Source: Monocercomonoides exilis PA203 (lineage: Eukaryota; Protista; Preaxostyla). Taken from it: DNA of 64,000 bases. The stretch is taken from assembly GCA_001643675.2 (NCBI GenBank), contig LSRY02000016.1, forward strand, positions 496,001-560,000, written 5' to 3'. Below are positions 1 to 14,500 of this stretch, piece after piece (positions within the stretch are counted from its first letter, which is position 1; every line of letters begins with the position of its first letter). The position numbers and the translations under genes are program-made. The notes under the pieces were generated by a model. That model had not been told where the DNA came from and searched no databases. It saw only the letters and a list, made by a program, of their open reading frames with translations.

Positions 1-2548
1 GTGTGGAGATTGTGATGGACGGATTACAGAGGCATTATTTGAGGTAAAAGAAAAAAAAAAGATTTTTTTCCAGGAATTGTCCAAAAGTTAAAATAGGCAC
101 GACACGAATAAAGCGAGATATTGACTTCAAAAAATCAACGTTTGATAAGACAACGACCACATTTGAGGAAAAAATATACCGATATAACTATTTTCATAAC
201 CACTTTTATTCCCCCTAAGAACTCATCATTCAACACCACATGACTCTGAGGTTTTTTATTCCTTTTTTTAAAAAAAAAGAGATGCTTAAGTTCATTGAAA
301 ACTGTTCTATTTTCTTCTTTCGTTTTCCTTCGACGAAAAGCAATAGTCGATGCCCTTCCACATGTTTTTCAAACTGTAATGAATCTTTCGATGATTCATT
401 CTACATTTTAAAAATGTATCATGCTGCCTGGACAGTTTAATTCGGTGTTGCAAGAAACTTGGTGCACCTTCAGTGCGAAAATAGAGCTATAATGTTTTAT
501 CTCCCATGGAAAAACATTTCTAGCCATTGTTTGGAAGAGAAGAAAGAAAACCAAAAGATGAAAGAAGTGAAAAGAAAAGATGATTACGATGAAGAAATAA
601 GAAATAATTAATAAAAATAAAAATTTTAGAAAAAAATTGAAAAAAATTACTTCCAATTTATCAACAAATAAAGACTTTTGACAGATTAAAATTGCTCCAA
701 AAATGAATAAATAAATTTTTTAAGCATATTCCTCAAAAACAACAAACAAAACGGTTTTATGAATTTAACTCGATAGCAGTATTATATATTGTTTTGCTCG
801 TTGAATGATAATTTTTCGCAAAAACCCAATATTAAAAAAGAAACATATCGACTTTTTGAGAAAGCTTTGAAGAGCCGAGAAGAATTAGAATCAATTTATC
901 CTAAGAAGGGGCGTAACTGCTCTGAATTGTTATATTGCTTCAGATATAAATATATCAGCTGCAGCTTTGCATTGCAGCAATGAGCTCAAAATACAATATT
1001 CACAGAGCAGACGCTTTGATGCAGCTGGCGCACGACAATACTTTGTGAAAGGGTAAATTCCATTTTAGGCGATGCTATCAAGAGTGTGAAATGTGATGCT
1101 TTCCACCATAAATCTGGATTAATAGTGTTCAGGAGCATTGAGCATCTTATTTTTTGATTTCAATGCCATTGGGCGAAAAGAAAGAAGAAAGCATGTGCAA
1201 ATAAAGCAAAAGTGGAATGGAAGAAAGCAAAAAAGCATAGCAAGCAAAAATGCTTCAATGCACATTTTTTTGAAGTGATAAATGCGCAATAAGGATGACT
1301 TTGGTGACTGCTTATTGCTGAAGGATGCAGCGCCACTACTGTTTCGATCACCAGCGGGGAACAAACTGTTTTTGCTGTGAGCAAATGAAGATATGCTGCA
1401 TGCAAAACAGCCAGTATTATTCGAGATTCATTATCTTTAATGGCTTGCAGGCGAGCGATGCAGAGCATCAACCAGGCTCCGATGGATGAGGGAAAAGAAA
1501 GATAATGACCAAAAGGAAGCAGAAGCATCAGTCTACAGCCAGCACAGAAATAAGGGAAGGGAGGCAAGCTGAACAAAGACAAAGAAGGATTCAAGTCGAT
1601 GGAGGAGGCAATAACGCAGAAACAGAATTAGAAACAGGGAAATTGTATGAGGTCCGTGGCGGGATGAGTGCTCCGAAGATGTGGCAAGAAGGATGAAATG
1701 AAAAGTGTGTTCATGGCTGTGCGAACAAATTCATGGATTTATTGTTTTATTTTTATGAAAATGAGAGGGCATTTGATGCCTTGAGTGCTTTGCTGCTTTT
1801 TTTTTTCCCTGGTTTTGTGCAAATTGTTCTGTTAAAATCCATTGTTGCTGAGGATGTTTTTGTAAAGATATTTATTGGATAGCTGCTTCAATTTTGGAAA
1901 AGAAAATTCAGAATTGTGATATTTTTGGAACACTATTTTTTTTATCACTCTGTTTTCTTTTTGGTTCATTTTCTTTTGAAATTACGAAAAAAATACAAAA
2001 CGAATGTATTTATTTTTGCAGGCTGTGCGGAAAGCTCGTTTCAGAGTTTCAGCACTTTTTTCATGATGAAGAAAGCATTTAACTTGGATCTTCTTGGAGA
2101 AATGGAAGCAAAAGACCAAGCGAAGGAGATTCTGAGAAAAAGATTGAATATTCCCCTATGAATGCTCCAGCATCAAAAAAAACGTTTGATGATTTTTTAT
2201 TTTTAACTATTCTTATATAATCTTGGTTTTTGTTTTTTTGGTTTTGTTTTTTGTTTTTTTGAACAAGGACTGAAAAGTGAGCAATCCTGCTATTAACTTG
2301 AATGAAAAAACAGGGGGGAAAAATAACAAAACGAACCGTGAAATCTGAAAAGAAAAGACACGAAATTTATGCTTGTTGAAGAAAGAAGACACAGGAAAGA
2401 GAGTTTGTGGAAAAGAAATTCGAAATATTTTTATTATATAATTTTTAATTTCAAATCTGATAAAATAGGGATCTGTGATCTTGGTTCCTTTTTAAATTTT
2501 TGTGATTCGAAATTTGAACTGCTGTGAAGGAGTGCGATTGATTGAGAA

Positions 2549-5500
2549 ATGATATTATTTCTGGAGTTTGGGGTGCTGGCCATGCTTTGTGGTGTTTGTG
2601 AAGAAACGAGTGGAAAGAGAGTGCAAATGAAAGATTTTCAGGAAGAAGAAGAAGAAGAGAGGCTGATGATGCAAACAAGCTTGTTCACAAATTTGATCGG
2701 GGATGGAAAGCGGGAAGAAGGAAAGAGCGAGAATGCACATGAAAAGCACGAGATGCGAGATGTGATGCGGAGCAGAATCTCCACAAGGTTTGATTGTTGC
2801 AACAGCTCGTTAGTGATAAGATCTGCAGAGCTGGGGAGCAGGGAAGGATTTGAATGGATCGGGAGGTTGAATGGATCAGTGCTGGAGGTTGTTTGGTGCG
2901 AGATTGCGATTGGGGGCCAAGATGAGAGGATGTTTTGGTGCGAAGACAGCAGGGTTGAGCTGGAGATGACAGTGAAAATGAGAGAAGAGAAAGGAATTTG
3001 GAGAGGCGGTGTTGTGGAGGGATTTGGAAGAGGCAACGAGGTGAAGCTGAAGGAAAGCAGATTTGAGTGTTTGAGGGCAGAGGGAGGGATGGTTTTGGCA
3101 AGAGGGAGTCTGAAAGAGATTTTCGTGGAGAACTGCCTGTTCAGGAACATATCAGGAAGAATCAGTGGAGACAGAGTGGATGGCAAAAGTGATGGTGCAG
3201 ATAACGGAGCCAGGAAGAACAATGCTGAAAGGATTGGAGTTGCTTCTTCAATATTTGAGAGGGTGGAAAATGGAGACAGTGGGATGCTTTATGATGGGTG
3301 TCACACGCAAGAATGCTGTTTTGTGATGAACACATCGTTTGAGAGGTGCGAGCAAAATGTGAACTCGACGAGGCAAGAGAACTCAACAGGAGATGTGATT
3401 CTTGAAGACTTGATTTTCACAGTGCACACAACTGGGAGTTACGGAGGAGCGGTGTGCATCACGGGGAATGCCACACTTTCAATTTTGCGAACAACATTCA
3501 GAAATTGTTCGTTGGAATCCACTTTTCCAGATTCATATGGAGGTGCAGTGTATGATACAGGAACAGGTTTCATAAACATGGTGAATAGTTCTGTTATAAG
3601 CTGCTCTGTTGAAGAAACTGGTGGAAGTTATTGTGCAGGTATTTATATAACAACAAAGGCAGCAGGTACTGTATATGTCACTTCTTCAATATTTGCAGAA
3701 AATACTGGAGGACATTATTCTGGATTGTTCTCGTCAGCTGTTAGCGATGCATTATTTATTGGATCTTGCACGTTTCTTAATAATTGCGCCAATCCGAGAT
3801 ATGGAGGATGCCTTGTTGTTTGGAATGCAATATCATTGAACCAAGCGATATCAAATTGCTCATTTTCAAACAACTCAGCTTATTATTATGGAGGGGCAAT
3901 ACTATTGGCCGGAAATGGAAGTACTGTGAAGCCAGTTAAACTGAGATTTTTGCTATTTGAGAATAACACATGCACATTGGGCAACGGACATGACGTGGCA
4001 TTCCGAACAGATCATGAGACGCTGTATGCAGCGAATGATTTTGCAACATGCAGCTCCACGAGTGCGGAACCAAGGGTGTGGCACTGCTTCACACCGAATG
4101 AATGGACATGCCCAATAAATGAGAGCAGGCCAAGCTGGATACCGAACACCATTCGAGGGGAGATAAATGTGAATCCGACGAAGGAAGACCAGATACACTG
4201 TGGGACAATGGGAGATGAGTGCAAGACAATAGGGTATGGGGTGACGAAGTGGAATCCAGAGCTGAAGCAAAAGATATCGCTGAGCAGAAGCACTTTTGCA
4301 GAGCGAGGGATTGGGGTGGAAGATAGGGTGATTGTGATTGAGGTGAAGGGGAGCGGAGAAAGACCGATAATACGATGGGCAGCAGCAGGGGATGCGCTTG
4401 TCTGGATCACGTGCGGATCAATTGAAGCGGACTCGATTGTGTTTGTGATGGATGGAGGGGCATCTGGAGAGGGGTCGCTGATGAGTGTGAGGGAAGCAGG
4501 AGGGAGGGCACGGTTGGTGAGGTGCAGTGTGAGGAGTGAAGCAGCAGGAGTGTTTTGCAGAAGATCGATGTTTGTTGTTGAAAACGGGGTGTGTGAGATT
4601 GAAGACAGCGAGATAGAGGGGATACAGATGGAAGACTGTGCGCTGCTTGAATCGAGATATCCGGGAGAGCTGAGGATTGCTGGGGGAAGCATAAGGAACA
4701 TTGTGCGAAGCAGGGGAAATGGAGCAGTGATGAGCAAAACACTGAGGGAAGGAGAGACTGTGATTGTGTGTAACACCACAGTGAAGGGGTGCAGGTGCAG
4801 CAGTGGGAATGGGGGCGGAGTGTATGTGGGGGTTGTGGAAGGGAGTGTGGCAGTTTTGGGGGGAAGCAGCGTGAGCACGAAAATTGAGGGTTGCAAGGCT
4901 GAAGAAGGAAGCGGTAGCGGGAGCAGCGGAAGAGGAAGGGGCGGAGGGCTGTATGTGGAGATGAGGAATGCGGAAGACGATGTTCGGATGGAGAATGTGG
5001 AACTTGTGGGGAATGAAGCGAAAAGCGGGAAGATGATGTTTATCTGCTCTGCAGATCTGAAGGAGAGCTGTGTGAAGAAGTTTGGGTTTCTTCGGGGAGG
5101 AGGATGGGGATGGGAGGATTATGCGGGGATAGGAGACAGAGAGTGGAGGTCGCTGGTGATTCCATTGAAAGTGTATTTTGAGGAGGTTGGGGAGACAGTG
5201 CACGCGAGCAGAGGAGGGGCTGATCACGAAAACTGTGGGTTTGAGTATTTCACATGCCGAACACTGAAGTATTCGCTTGAGCGGCAAGGGGGTGAGACGC
5301 ACAAAGTGGAGGTGCACGAGTTGGTGGAAGTGAGCGAGCAGGTGGAGATGACATCGGGAAGCTATGAGGTGACTGGAGACGAAGGGCTGACAGTGCTGTC
5401 TGTGGTGGACAATGCAGCAAGGAGAGAAGGAGAAGGAGAAGGAGAAGGAGAAGGAGAAGGAGAAGGAGAAGGAGGAGGAGGAGGGGTGTTTTGTGTGTGG

Positions 5501-8500
5501 AAGAGCACGGTATTGAAGAGAGTGAAGATGTGGATTCCGGCGATTCTATCAGGAAGAGGAGCATTGATTGAGGTGAGGGGAGGGAGCTTGAGTGTTTTGG
5601 AGTGTGCGATTGATCTGAAAGCTCCGGGGGTAGCTGTGAGATTTTCGCTGGTGAAAGTGACATGCGGGAGTGTGGTTTGGCCGTCGCTGAGACTGGAGTC
5701 TGTGCACTTCGACAGGGATGGGATGTGCATTGCAGCTGGAAGCGAGGCATCAATTGTGCTGGAGGATGCAGAACTGAGGAATGTGTCGAGGGTGTCGGGA
5801 GATGGGCTGATTGAAGGATCAGATGGGTCGAGGGTGGAGCTGCAGAATGTGGGGATGACAGGATGCAACGAGAAATCAGGGTCGATGATTGTGGTGAAGA
5901 GTGGAAGCAGGCTGGAGATGAACAATTCGAAGGCGAATGAGTGTGTGCTTGGAGAAGGAAGTGTGGTGAGAAGCGAAAGGGCAGGGTATGTGAAGGTGAG
6001 TGGGTGCAACATGAGTTCGATAGGAGCAGGGAAAGGAGATGGGGTTGGTGTGAATGGGGTTGTGGGGAGCGGAGGGAGTGTGGAGGTGGTGAATGTTCAA
6101 GCGAGCAGGTGCAGAAGCGGGAAAGGGGATGGGGGGATGATGAAGGTTGTTGTGGAGAAAGGGGGAAGCGTGAAGATAGGGGATGGTGGGGAAAGTGGGA
6201 AAAGTGGGGAGAAGAGTGTGGTGGAGATGTGTGAAGCAGGGGAACATGAAGGGGTTGGAGGAAGAGGGGGAGGAGTGTTTGTGGAGCTGGGGGTGGAAGG
6301 GGATGGAGTTGTGTTTGGGGATGTGGAGTTTGCAGGGAACGGAGGAAAAGCTGGAAGAGATGTGTATGTGATATGCGATGAGCTGAGCGAGTATGTGACG
6401 CCTTTGAGGTTTGGGTTTGGATTGTCGATCAGGGAGAGGGGGAACTCGCTGGTTGGGCGAGACCGGAAGGCGATGAGGGAGGATACAGATTTGTATGTGT
6501 TTATCACGGGATATGTGTCAGGGAGGGTGGAAGTTCGGAAAGAGGGAGGGAGGAATGAGGTGTATTGCGGGATGAGCGCATATCCATGCATGACAGTGGA
6601 ATATGGGCTTGGGCATGCAGGGAAGGATGGGGAGAAGTGGGTGGTGCTGACAGGAGGGTCAGAGCTGAGAGAAGAGGTGGATGTGAGCGGAGCGAGGTTG
6701 GGAGGGATGGGAGAGATTGCAATGGAGATGAGTGTGAGAGGGATGCTGAGCGGGGAATGGAGCGCAGCGATAAAGACGGAAGGGGTGACGGAGTTGGAGT
6801 GGCTGGATGTGAAGATGCCAAGCAGATTTGAGGGAGGGGTCACAGAGCTGATGAATTGTCAGTCGAAAGGCGGTGAGCTTTGGATAAGGAAGTGTGGATT
6901 TGGATTGGAGGAAGGGGTGCAAGGAAGTGTGGGGTATGCGATTATCCGTTTCAGCGGGGAAGTGCTGAAGGTGGAAGAAACACGGTTTGAGGGGTTTGTG
7001 GTGGAGGAGCCAATGTTTGATCTGGGATTTGAATCAGGAGGAGAAGGAAGGGTTGAGGGAAGTGGGGTGGAGTTTTGGAACTGTTCGTTTGGGAGTGTTG
7101 GGTGCTTGGGGGGGAATGGGGCGTGCATTGTGTCGAGTGTGATTGGAGGGAAGCTGGAGTTTTTGTGGTGCAACATGACGGATGTGGATGGAAGGGCGAA
7201 TGAGGAAGGGGGAGCGCTGAAGGTGTGCATTGAAGGGAAAGGGCATGTAATTGTGGGGAACTGCAAGGGGGAGAGGTGCTGTGCAGAAAAGGAAACGATA
7301 GGGAAAGGAGGGTGGATGTTCATGGAGTGCAGTGTGGCAGATGGGTTTGTGATTGAAGAAGTTGAGCTTGAGGAGTGCTGGGCATGGGTGGGTCGGAAGA
7401 TGTTTGTGAGAGGGAGAGGACTGGGGGGTGTTGTGAGTTCGGAGAGGCTGAAGGTGGATGTGGGAGGTGGGGAGCTGGATGGGTTGGAATTTGTGGGGTA
7501 TGATGAGGCAGAGGAGATGAGAGTTCCACTTGGGGTGTTTGTTCAGGAGTGGGGAAGTCCAGGGTATGTGGAAGGGGAAAGAGGAATGGACTATTCGTTG
7601 TGTGGGTTTGAGTGGTTTGGGTGTGCGACGATGGAGCACTGCGGGAGGGCGAGGTTTTTCGGGAGAAAAGCAGAAATAGTGCTGAAGAGGGGATTTGTAT
7701 TTTGCTCAGTGATTGATATATCGAGGCAAGAGATGGATGTGAAGGGGTGTGAAGAGAGGAGAGAATACGAAGTGAGAGGAGATTTGGGAGAAGAAAGCGA
7801 AGGGGTGATAGAGACGAGGAAGGATACAGGGTTTGCGGATGTGGTGTTTGTGGTGGAGAAGACGTTTGTGAGAGGGCAGGGGAGTGTGGTGGTGAGCCGG
7901 CTGTCGGGATTGATGATGGAGAGGTGCGGAATGAGGATGGGGAGTGGAAAAGCGGGGTTCAGCTTTGTGGTGTGTGTTGGGGGGAGGATGGAGCTGAAGA
8001 GTGTTGAGGTGAGGGAGCAGGAGTTTGAGAGTGGGAGCATGGTTGAATTGCGAGAGGGATCGAAAGGAAGTGTTGAAGGGGTTGTGGTTGAGAGAGTGGC
8101 GAGTGGAGGAAAGAAAGGGCTGATATGGGTTGGAGAGGGGTCGTCGTTGGAGGTGGGGAACACATCGGCAAGCGGAGCAGTGAGATTTGGGGATCACTGT
8201 GTGTGGGAGTTTGGTAGGACGAGCAGTGTGAGGATGGCAGAAAGCAATGTGAGCGGGGTGACGCGTATGGAAGGGAATGGGGCAGTGATTGTGGGGAGTG
8301 TGGGAGAAGGGATGGAGTGTGTGGTGGAGAGATGCGTTGTGAGTGTGATTCGGTGCGAGAGCGGAACGGGAGAAGGGGGAAGTGTGCATGTTCGTGTGGG
8401 GAAAGGAGGGAGCTGGGTGTTTGAGGAGAACGAAGTGCGGGAGAGCAAAGTGGATGGAAACGGAGGGAAGGGAGGAGGGCTGTTCATGGAGTTTGAAGAT

Positions 8501-11500
8501 GTGGATGTGAGCTACTCGATGAGGCGGGATGTGTTTGAAGGGAATCAGGGGCACATTGGGGTGGATGTGTATCTGGTGTGCCGAGAGCCAGGAGTGGTGA
8601 TTGATCGGAGGAAGTGGGAGGGGTCGGCAAAGGAAGGGGAGGAGTACAACAACACGATGTGGGTGGTGGATCCGGGGAATGCGGGGATCGATGTGACGCT
8701 GCTGAAATATCTGTTTCCGCCGAAGGGAGACATCATCTTTGTGAACAGGACTGTGACTGGGCAGGAAAACTGCGGGAGCGATGAGCTGCCGTGCAACACG
8801 GTGGAGGGAGGGTATGAGAAGCTGGGGAAGGAGAAGACGATTCTGCACATCATGGAGGAGAGCGAGCTTGGGGAGGAGATCAGGAGAGAAGGAGAGTCGC
8901 TGACGATCCGAGGAGACGAGGTGGCGAAGTCGGAGGTGGTGGTGGGGGAAAGAGGGAAAGTGTGTGTGATGGTGGGGAGCTGGTCGACGACGCTGACGAT
9001 TGAGTGGATCGAGTTTGAAGTGGCAGAGAAGTCTGTGCACTCGGAGCTTTTTGAGATGGGAGTGGGAGAGGTTCATGTTGTGGAGTGTGTGTTTGGAGGG
9101 AAAGGAGAAGAGAAGAGGAAGACAAACATGTGGATTGTTTGTGGGAGAGGAGGGTCAGTGGAGCTGAAGAAGGTGAGTGTGGGGCAGATGGAATTTGGAG
9201 ATGGAAGGGGGATGTGTGTTATGAAGGGAGGGGGGTTGTTGTGCGAGGATGTGAATATGAGTGGAGCAAGGACAGATGGGGGTGGGCTGGTGATTGGAGA
9301 GAAAGGGACGAAGATAGTGGTGAAGAGAATGAAGGCACGGGACTGCTGGGGCGGGAGTGGGGGAGTGATAAGGGTGATGGATGGAAGGAAGGTGGAATTG
9401 AGTGAGGAGTGTGAATTTGTTGGGTGCTGCTCAGGGAGGGGAGATGGCGGGGCGGTAAGCTGGGAGATGGGTGGGGACGACGAAGTGCTGGTGAAGAATT
9501 GCACAGTGAAGAATTGCAGGGCAGAAGAGACAGGAGGGAGAGGAGGTGGGGTGTTTATGTGGATCCATGCAGACTGTGAGAACAGGTTTGCAATATCGAA
9601 GATGGTGTTTGAGGGGAATGCGGCTCATGAAGGGGATGATGTGTTTGTTAAGTGCAGAGATCTGAAGGAGAGTGTTGTTGGGGAGCGGTTTGAGCTGGAG
9701 CTGGTGAAAGAAGGAGGCGAGGCAGGAGTGAGGATGATGGGCAGAGATGAAGGGCGGTTTTCGGAGAAGGCGCATGACCTGATGTATTTTTTGGTGGGAT
9801 ATCGCTCAAGAAGGATTGTGGTGGGGAGCAATGGGGCAGACATCATGGGGTGTGGGAGAGAGGAGTATCCGTGCGAGTCGTTTGAGAAAGGGGTTGAGCA
9901 TGGAGAGAACGAGGATGGGATGATTGAGATGGAGATCATCGATACGGTCGGGATAAGGAAGGTGGAAGATCTGTCCGGATGGAAGGTGGAAGGGAGCTCG
10001 GCAGAGGAGAAAAGTGTTGTTGAGATAAGGGAAAAGATCGAAGGAAATGGGGAGAGCTGGGTGGTGAAGAACGAAAAGGTGCTGAATGTTGAAAGGGTGA
10101 GGATGGTTGTGCCAGTGAGACTTGAAGAGGGGAAGAAGGAGGTTGTGTGGAGTGGGGGAGGGAATGCGGAGCTGTGGCTGGTTTTGTGTGAATTTGAGGT
10201 GGAGGGAGCAGGGATAGTGGAATACAGCATGGTGAAGAGCAGTGGGGGAAAAGTGATGGCAGTTTCATGTTTGGTGAAAGAAATGGAGATTGGGGCAGTG
10301 GCGTTTGAATTTTGCTCGAGCGTGGAGATGAGCGGGTGTGTATTTGAGGATGTGAAGAGGGTTGGAGGGGATGGAGGGGATGGAGGGGATGGAGGGGATG
10401 GAAGGGATGGAGATAGGGAAGGAGGAGGGGTGATGAGAGTGAAGCTGAAAGGAGAGGATACGTTTGGGATATCGAACAGCTATTTTGAAGGGTGCGGATG
10501 GGAGTGGGAGGAAGGGTGTGGAGGGGTGATATATGTGGACAGCAGGGAAGGGTTGAAAGAGGATGGATTGCGTTTTGCAGACACGGAATTCAAGGGAACG
10601 GTTGGAGGAGCAAGAGGGAAGGCGATATACATAGAAGGAGTGGATCTGAACAAGACAGTGAACGAGCAATCGTTTGGAGTAATATATGGAGAATTGAAAG
10701 AGGATGAGAACTTGTTTGTGGGGAAGGATGAAAAACTTGGAGAGACGGATCTGCTCCGACTTGTGGTGAAGTACTGGTCGGGGGTGGTGTACATAAGCGA
10801 GGATGGGTTTGATGTGATGGGATGTGGAAGCGAGAGGGATCCGTGCGGCACGCTGTGGAAAGGGATGAAGCAGATTGAGAAAGAGAAAGAGGAGAAAAGG
10901 GTTATGATCAGAAGAGAGGTGAGAGTGGAGGATGAGTGGGATCTGTCGAGCTTGAGTGTGGAGAGGTGGAGGAATGGAGAGGAGAAGCTGTCTCGATCTG
11001 CACTGGTGTTTGGAGGAGATGGAGAGAAGAGAGGCAGAGGGGTGATTGTGAACACGAGGATGCTTGTGCTGAAGGAGATGAGTGTGTGCATGGCAGCAGG
11101 GTTTGAGAACGGACGAGGATGGGCAGTTGAAAACAATGGGGGAACACTTTGGCTGGATAAGTGTGTATTTGAGACAAGAGAGGGCACAGAGGGAGGAGAA
11201 GGGGAAGGAGGAGGGTGTGTGTTTGTGAGGATGTTGAATGGGGAGCTGAGGGTGGATGAGCTGGAGTCGAGGAGCATGAATGGAGGGAAAGGATTATTTG
11301 AGGTGAATGGTGGGTGCAGATGCATTCTGCTTGGAATGCGTGTGGAGTCGGGAAGAATTAGAGATGGGGCAGTTGTTCAAGTTGTGGATGGTGATGTTGG
11401 AAACGGTGATGAGGGGAGTGTGGTTGAAATGGAAAATTCGACATTTTCGTTTGTGGCAGGGCAAGGGAATAGGCCGAGGATTGTTGAGTGTAAGTGCGAT

Positions 11501-14500
11501 GGCGGGATTTGTGTGAATGTGAGCGGGTGCGTGTTTGAGTCGTGCAAATCGTCGGAAAGCGAGAAAGGAGGGGTTGTGTATTTCTCGTTGAACGAAGGGG
11601 GGTGGCTGCGGATGAGCGAATCGACAATAAAGCAGAGTGGATGTTCTGCAGAGAGAGGAAAGGGAGGAGGGCTATATCTGCACTCTGAAGTGACAGGGGA
11701 GCTGGACTTTGAGCTGCGGAGCATGGAGTTTCGTGGAAATGATGCAGCATTGGGACGGGATGTATTTGTGGAGTGCTTCAGCATCGAGAACCAGATCAAC
11801 GAGACACAGTTCCGGTTGGATCTGCGGGAAAGTGTGTATGTGCGTCAAAACGGGATGTGCGGGATGGACAGGACACAGCACACAGTGGAGGCGATTGATC
11901 TGATGGGAATCATTACGATATTCCAGTCGGACACGATTGTGGTGTCGAGCAGCAGAGAGAAGGGAGGCAAAAATGAGAGATCGTGTGGAATGCCTCAAGT
12001 TCCATGCCGATCGATCGACTATGGGGTAGAGCATGTGACATGGGATTATGTGAGCCAGATGTTTGTGGAGGAAGAGAGTGTGATTGAGAGGGAGTGCGAT
12101 TTTGTGGAGATGAGGGTTCTGTCGAGCGGAGGCGACATGGCGCAGATAATTGTGAAGGGAATTGAAGAGCAGAGAAGGGAAGGGGTTATTGCGACACAGA
12201 GGAATGTGGAGGTGACAGGATTGGGGTTTGCGTTTGCAGAAGGAGCAGAATGGGGCCATGCAAGGCTGATTGAAGTGCAGAGCGGGATGCTCAGGATACA
12301 GCTGTGTTCGTTCAGCACGATGCAAAATGGCGAAGAGGAGAATGGGAAGGCGAGAATTGGGTTCTCGCTGATATGGATTGGAGGCGGTGGCTGTGCTGTG
12401 TCAAGCGTTCAGGTTGCAGGTCTCAGATTCTTGGAAACAGTGAAGGGAGTGATCGAAACATCAAAACCGGAGCAAGAGACGAGCGTGAACAATGTGAGCG
12501 TGGCGGATATTAGCGTGGAAGATGGGAGCATCATTTGCTCTGGAGCAAAGCTGTTGCCACGAATTGGATCGTGCAGCTTTGAAAACATCACACGCCTCTC
12601 TGGAGGAGCATCGTGCATATTGCTAAGAGCTGGGGAAGGGAAAGAGATGGGAGAAATTGTGAACTGCACATTCCGAAGATGCACATCGCAATCGGCAAGA
12701 GGGAGTGGAGTGAAGGTTTTGTGTGCTTCGAGCATTGCATTTGACAGCTGTACGTTTGATGGATGTGGATTGTTGGAGAAGACAAACTGGGAGGGAGCGG
12801 AGGAAGGGATATGCTTTTGGAATGGATCTGTTGTTGAGATGGAGAATTGCAGCAGCCGGATGAAAGACACAGTGATTGCAAACAGCAGCTGTGGAGGGGC
12901 TGGAGTGGATGGTGGGGATGTGAGGATTGAGATGGGGATGTTTGAGAACAACAATGGGACAGTGGAGAAGTACAGATCCATCCGGCGGAATGTGGTGTGC
13001 AGCGGTTTGGGAAAGGTTAATGTTGTGAGCCTGAAAGGAGGGGATGGGGCAAAGGAGAACAGCTCGCTGTGGATTCTGAGTGAAGGGTGCACACTGGAAG
13101 GGATTGCAGGGGAAAGGGGATGGGCACTGTTTGTGCCAGTTGTGGAGGAGGCGCATATGAGGGGAGCAGGGGAGGAGCTGGAGGTGAGGTTTGTGGGGCG
13201 ACTGCTAATTCCGTGCAATCTTTCATTTGGGGTAAGTGTATGGGATGGGGATGCAGAAGCAGTGGAGCGGCATGAGTTTGTGGAATCTGACTATGCATCA
13301 GAGGAGGAGGTGTGTAGCAGAATAGGAGCATCAGCAGCTCGAGGAGCGGCAGAGACAGCAGAGGTGAGGGTGAGGATTGAGTTTGGAGATGCAGCCAGGC
13401 GGCAGGGCACGAAATGGTTTGTTGTGAAGAACAGAACAGAAGCACAGGTGAATGGAAACGAAAAACTTGTTGAAGGAGGAAACAAAGAAAAATCATCATG
13501 GCCATTGGTTGTTATAATAATGGCTGTTGTTCTTTTTGTAATTCTGATTATAGCAGTGGTTACAACTGTTCGATGGAGAAAGCAAAAAAGAAGAACAGAA
13601 GAACTGGAGGAGATTGTGGAAGATACAGTGAGGAAGGATCCGAAGCTGATTGAGATGATGACGATGGAGATGTCGCCTGAGGAACAGTGGAAAAGAGCTG
13701 AGAGAGAGGCAGAGAAGAAGAATGAAGAGAGGATCAAGAAAAGAGCATATGATACGAATATGCAACATTCAGAGTCGTCTGAGCATTTGTTAAGTGAGAG
13801 CGGCTCCACCGAATACATCCTTGGGAGAGATTCAGACAAGATCCCAGAATGGGCATTGGAGAAGGTTGATGAGAAAGAAGTTGAGGAAGAGACAAGAAAG
13901 AGAACACCATCGCCATCCATTTCATCCACTTCCACCACTTCGACAACTGATTCAGATTCAACATTTGTTCGATCAGAGAGTCTGTGCCCAACCACGTCAT
14001 CCATGTCGAATCTGGTGGATGGAATGGCATGCTCGTCGCCGCATGAGAAGCTGATAGCGGATCTTCGTGACTCGCTATTCATGCTTGTGCATGGGAAGAA
14101 TGAGAAGAAGGAGATGGCGATTGGTTCATTGAAGGAGCGGGAGATGACAGCTGCACAGATCCTGTTCTGGGTGGTGAATGGAGCGCTGCACTCTTTCAAT
14201 GAGATGGAAAACCCGCTTCAGTCATTGGCGAATCTGAGTCCGCACATTGTGCTGTTCTCTGAGCAGATGGTGATTGTCATAGCGCTTCACTCTGACTGCT
14301 CTGATGAGTCGGATTCGGACTCCTCATCCATTGCTTCATCATGCACGATTGCCACATCATCCTCTGATGTTTCATTGATGAGTGAGCGATTCGTAGACTC
14401 ACCGCCACCGTCATCGGCATTTGAGGATGATGAAGGCTGCAGAGACGAATACAAGCGATGGAAGGCGCCGGAGCTGATGGGGAAGAAAAAGATGAGAGCG

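Noticed and set aside
3480-3965. Diversity-generating retroelement as the explanation for the variable-looking cassette
   Set aside because: No template-repeat copy and no reverse transcriptase seen in the window
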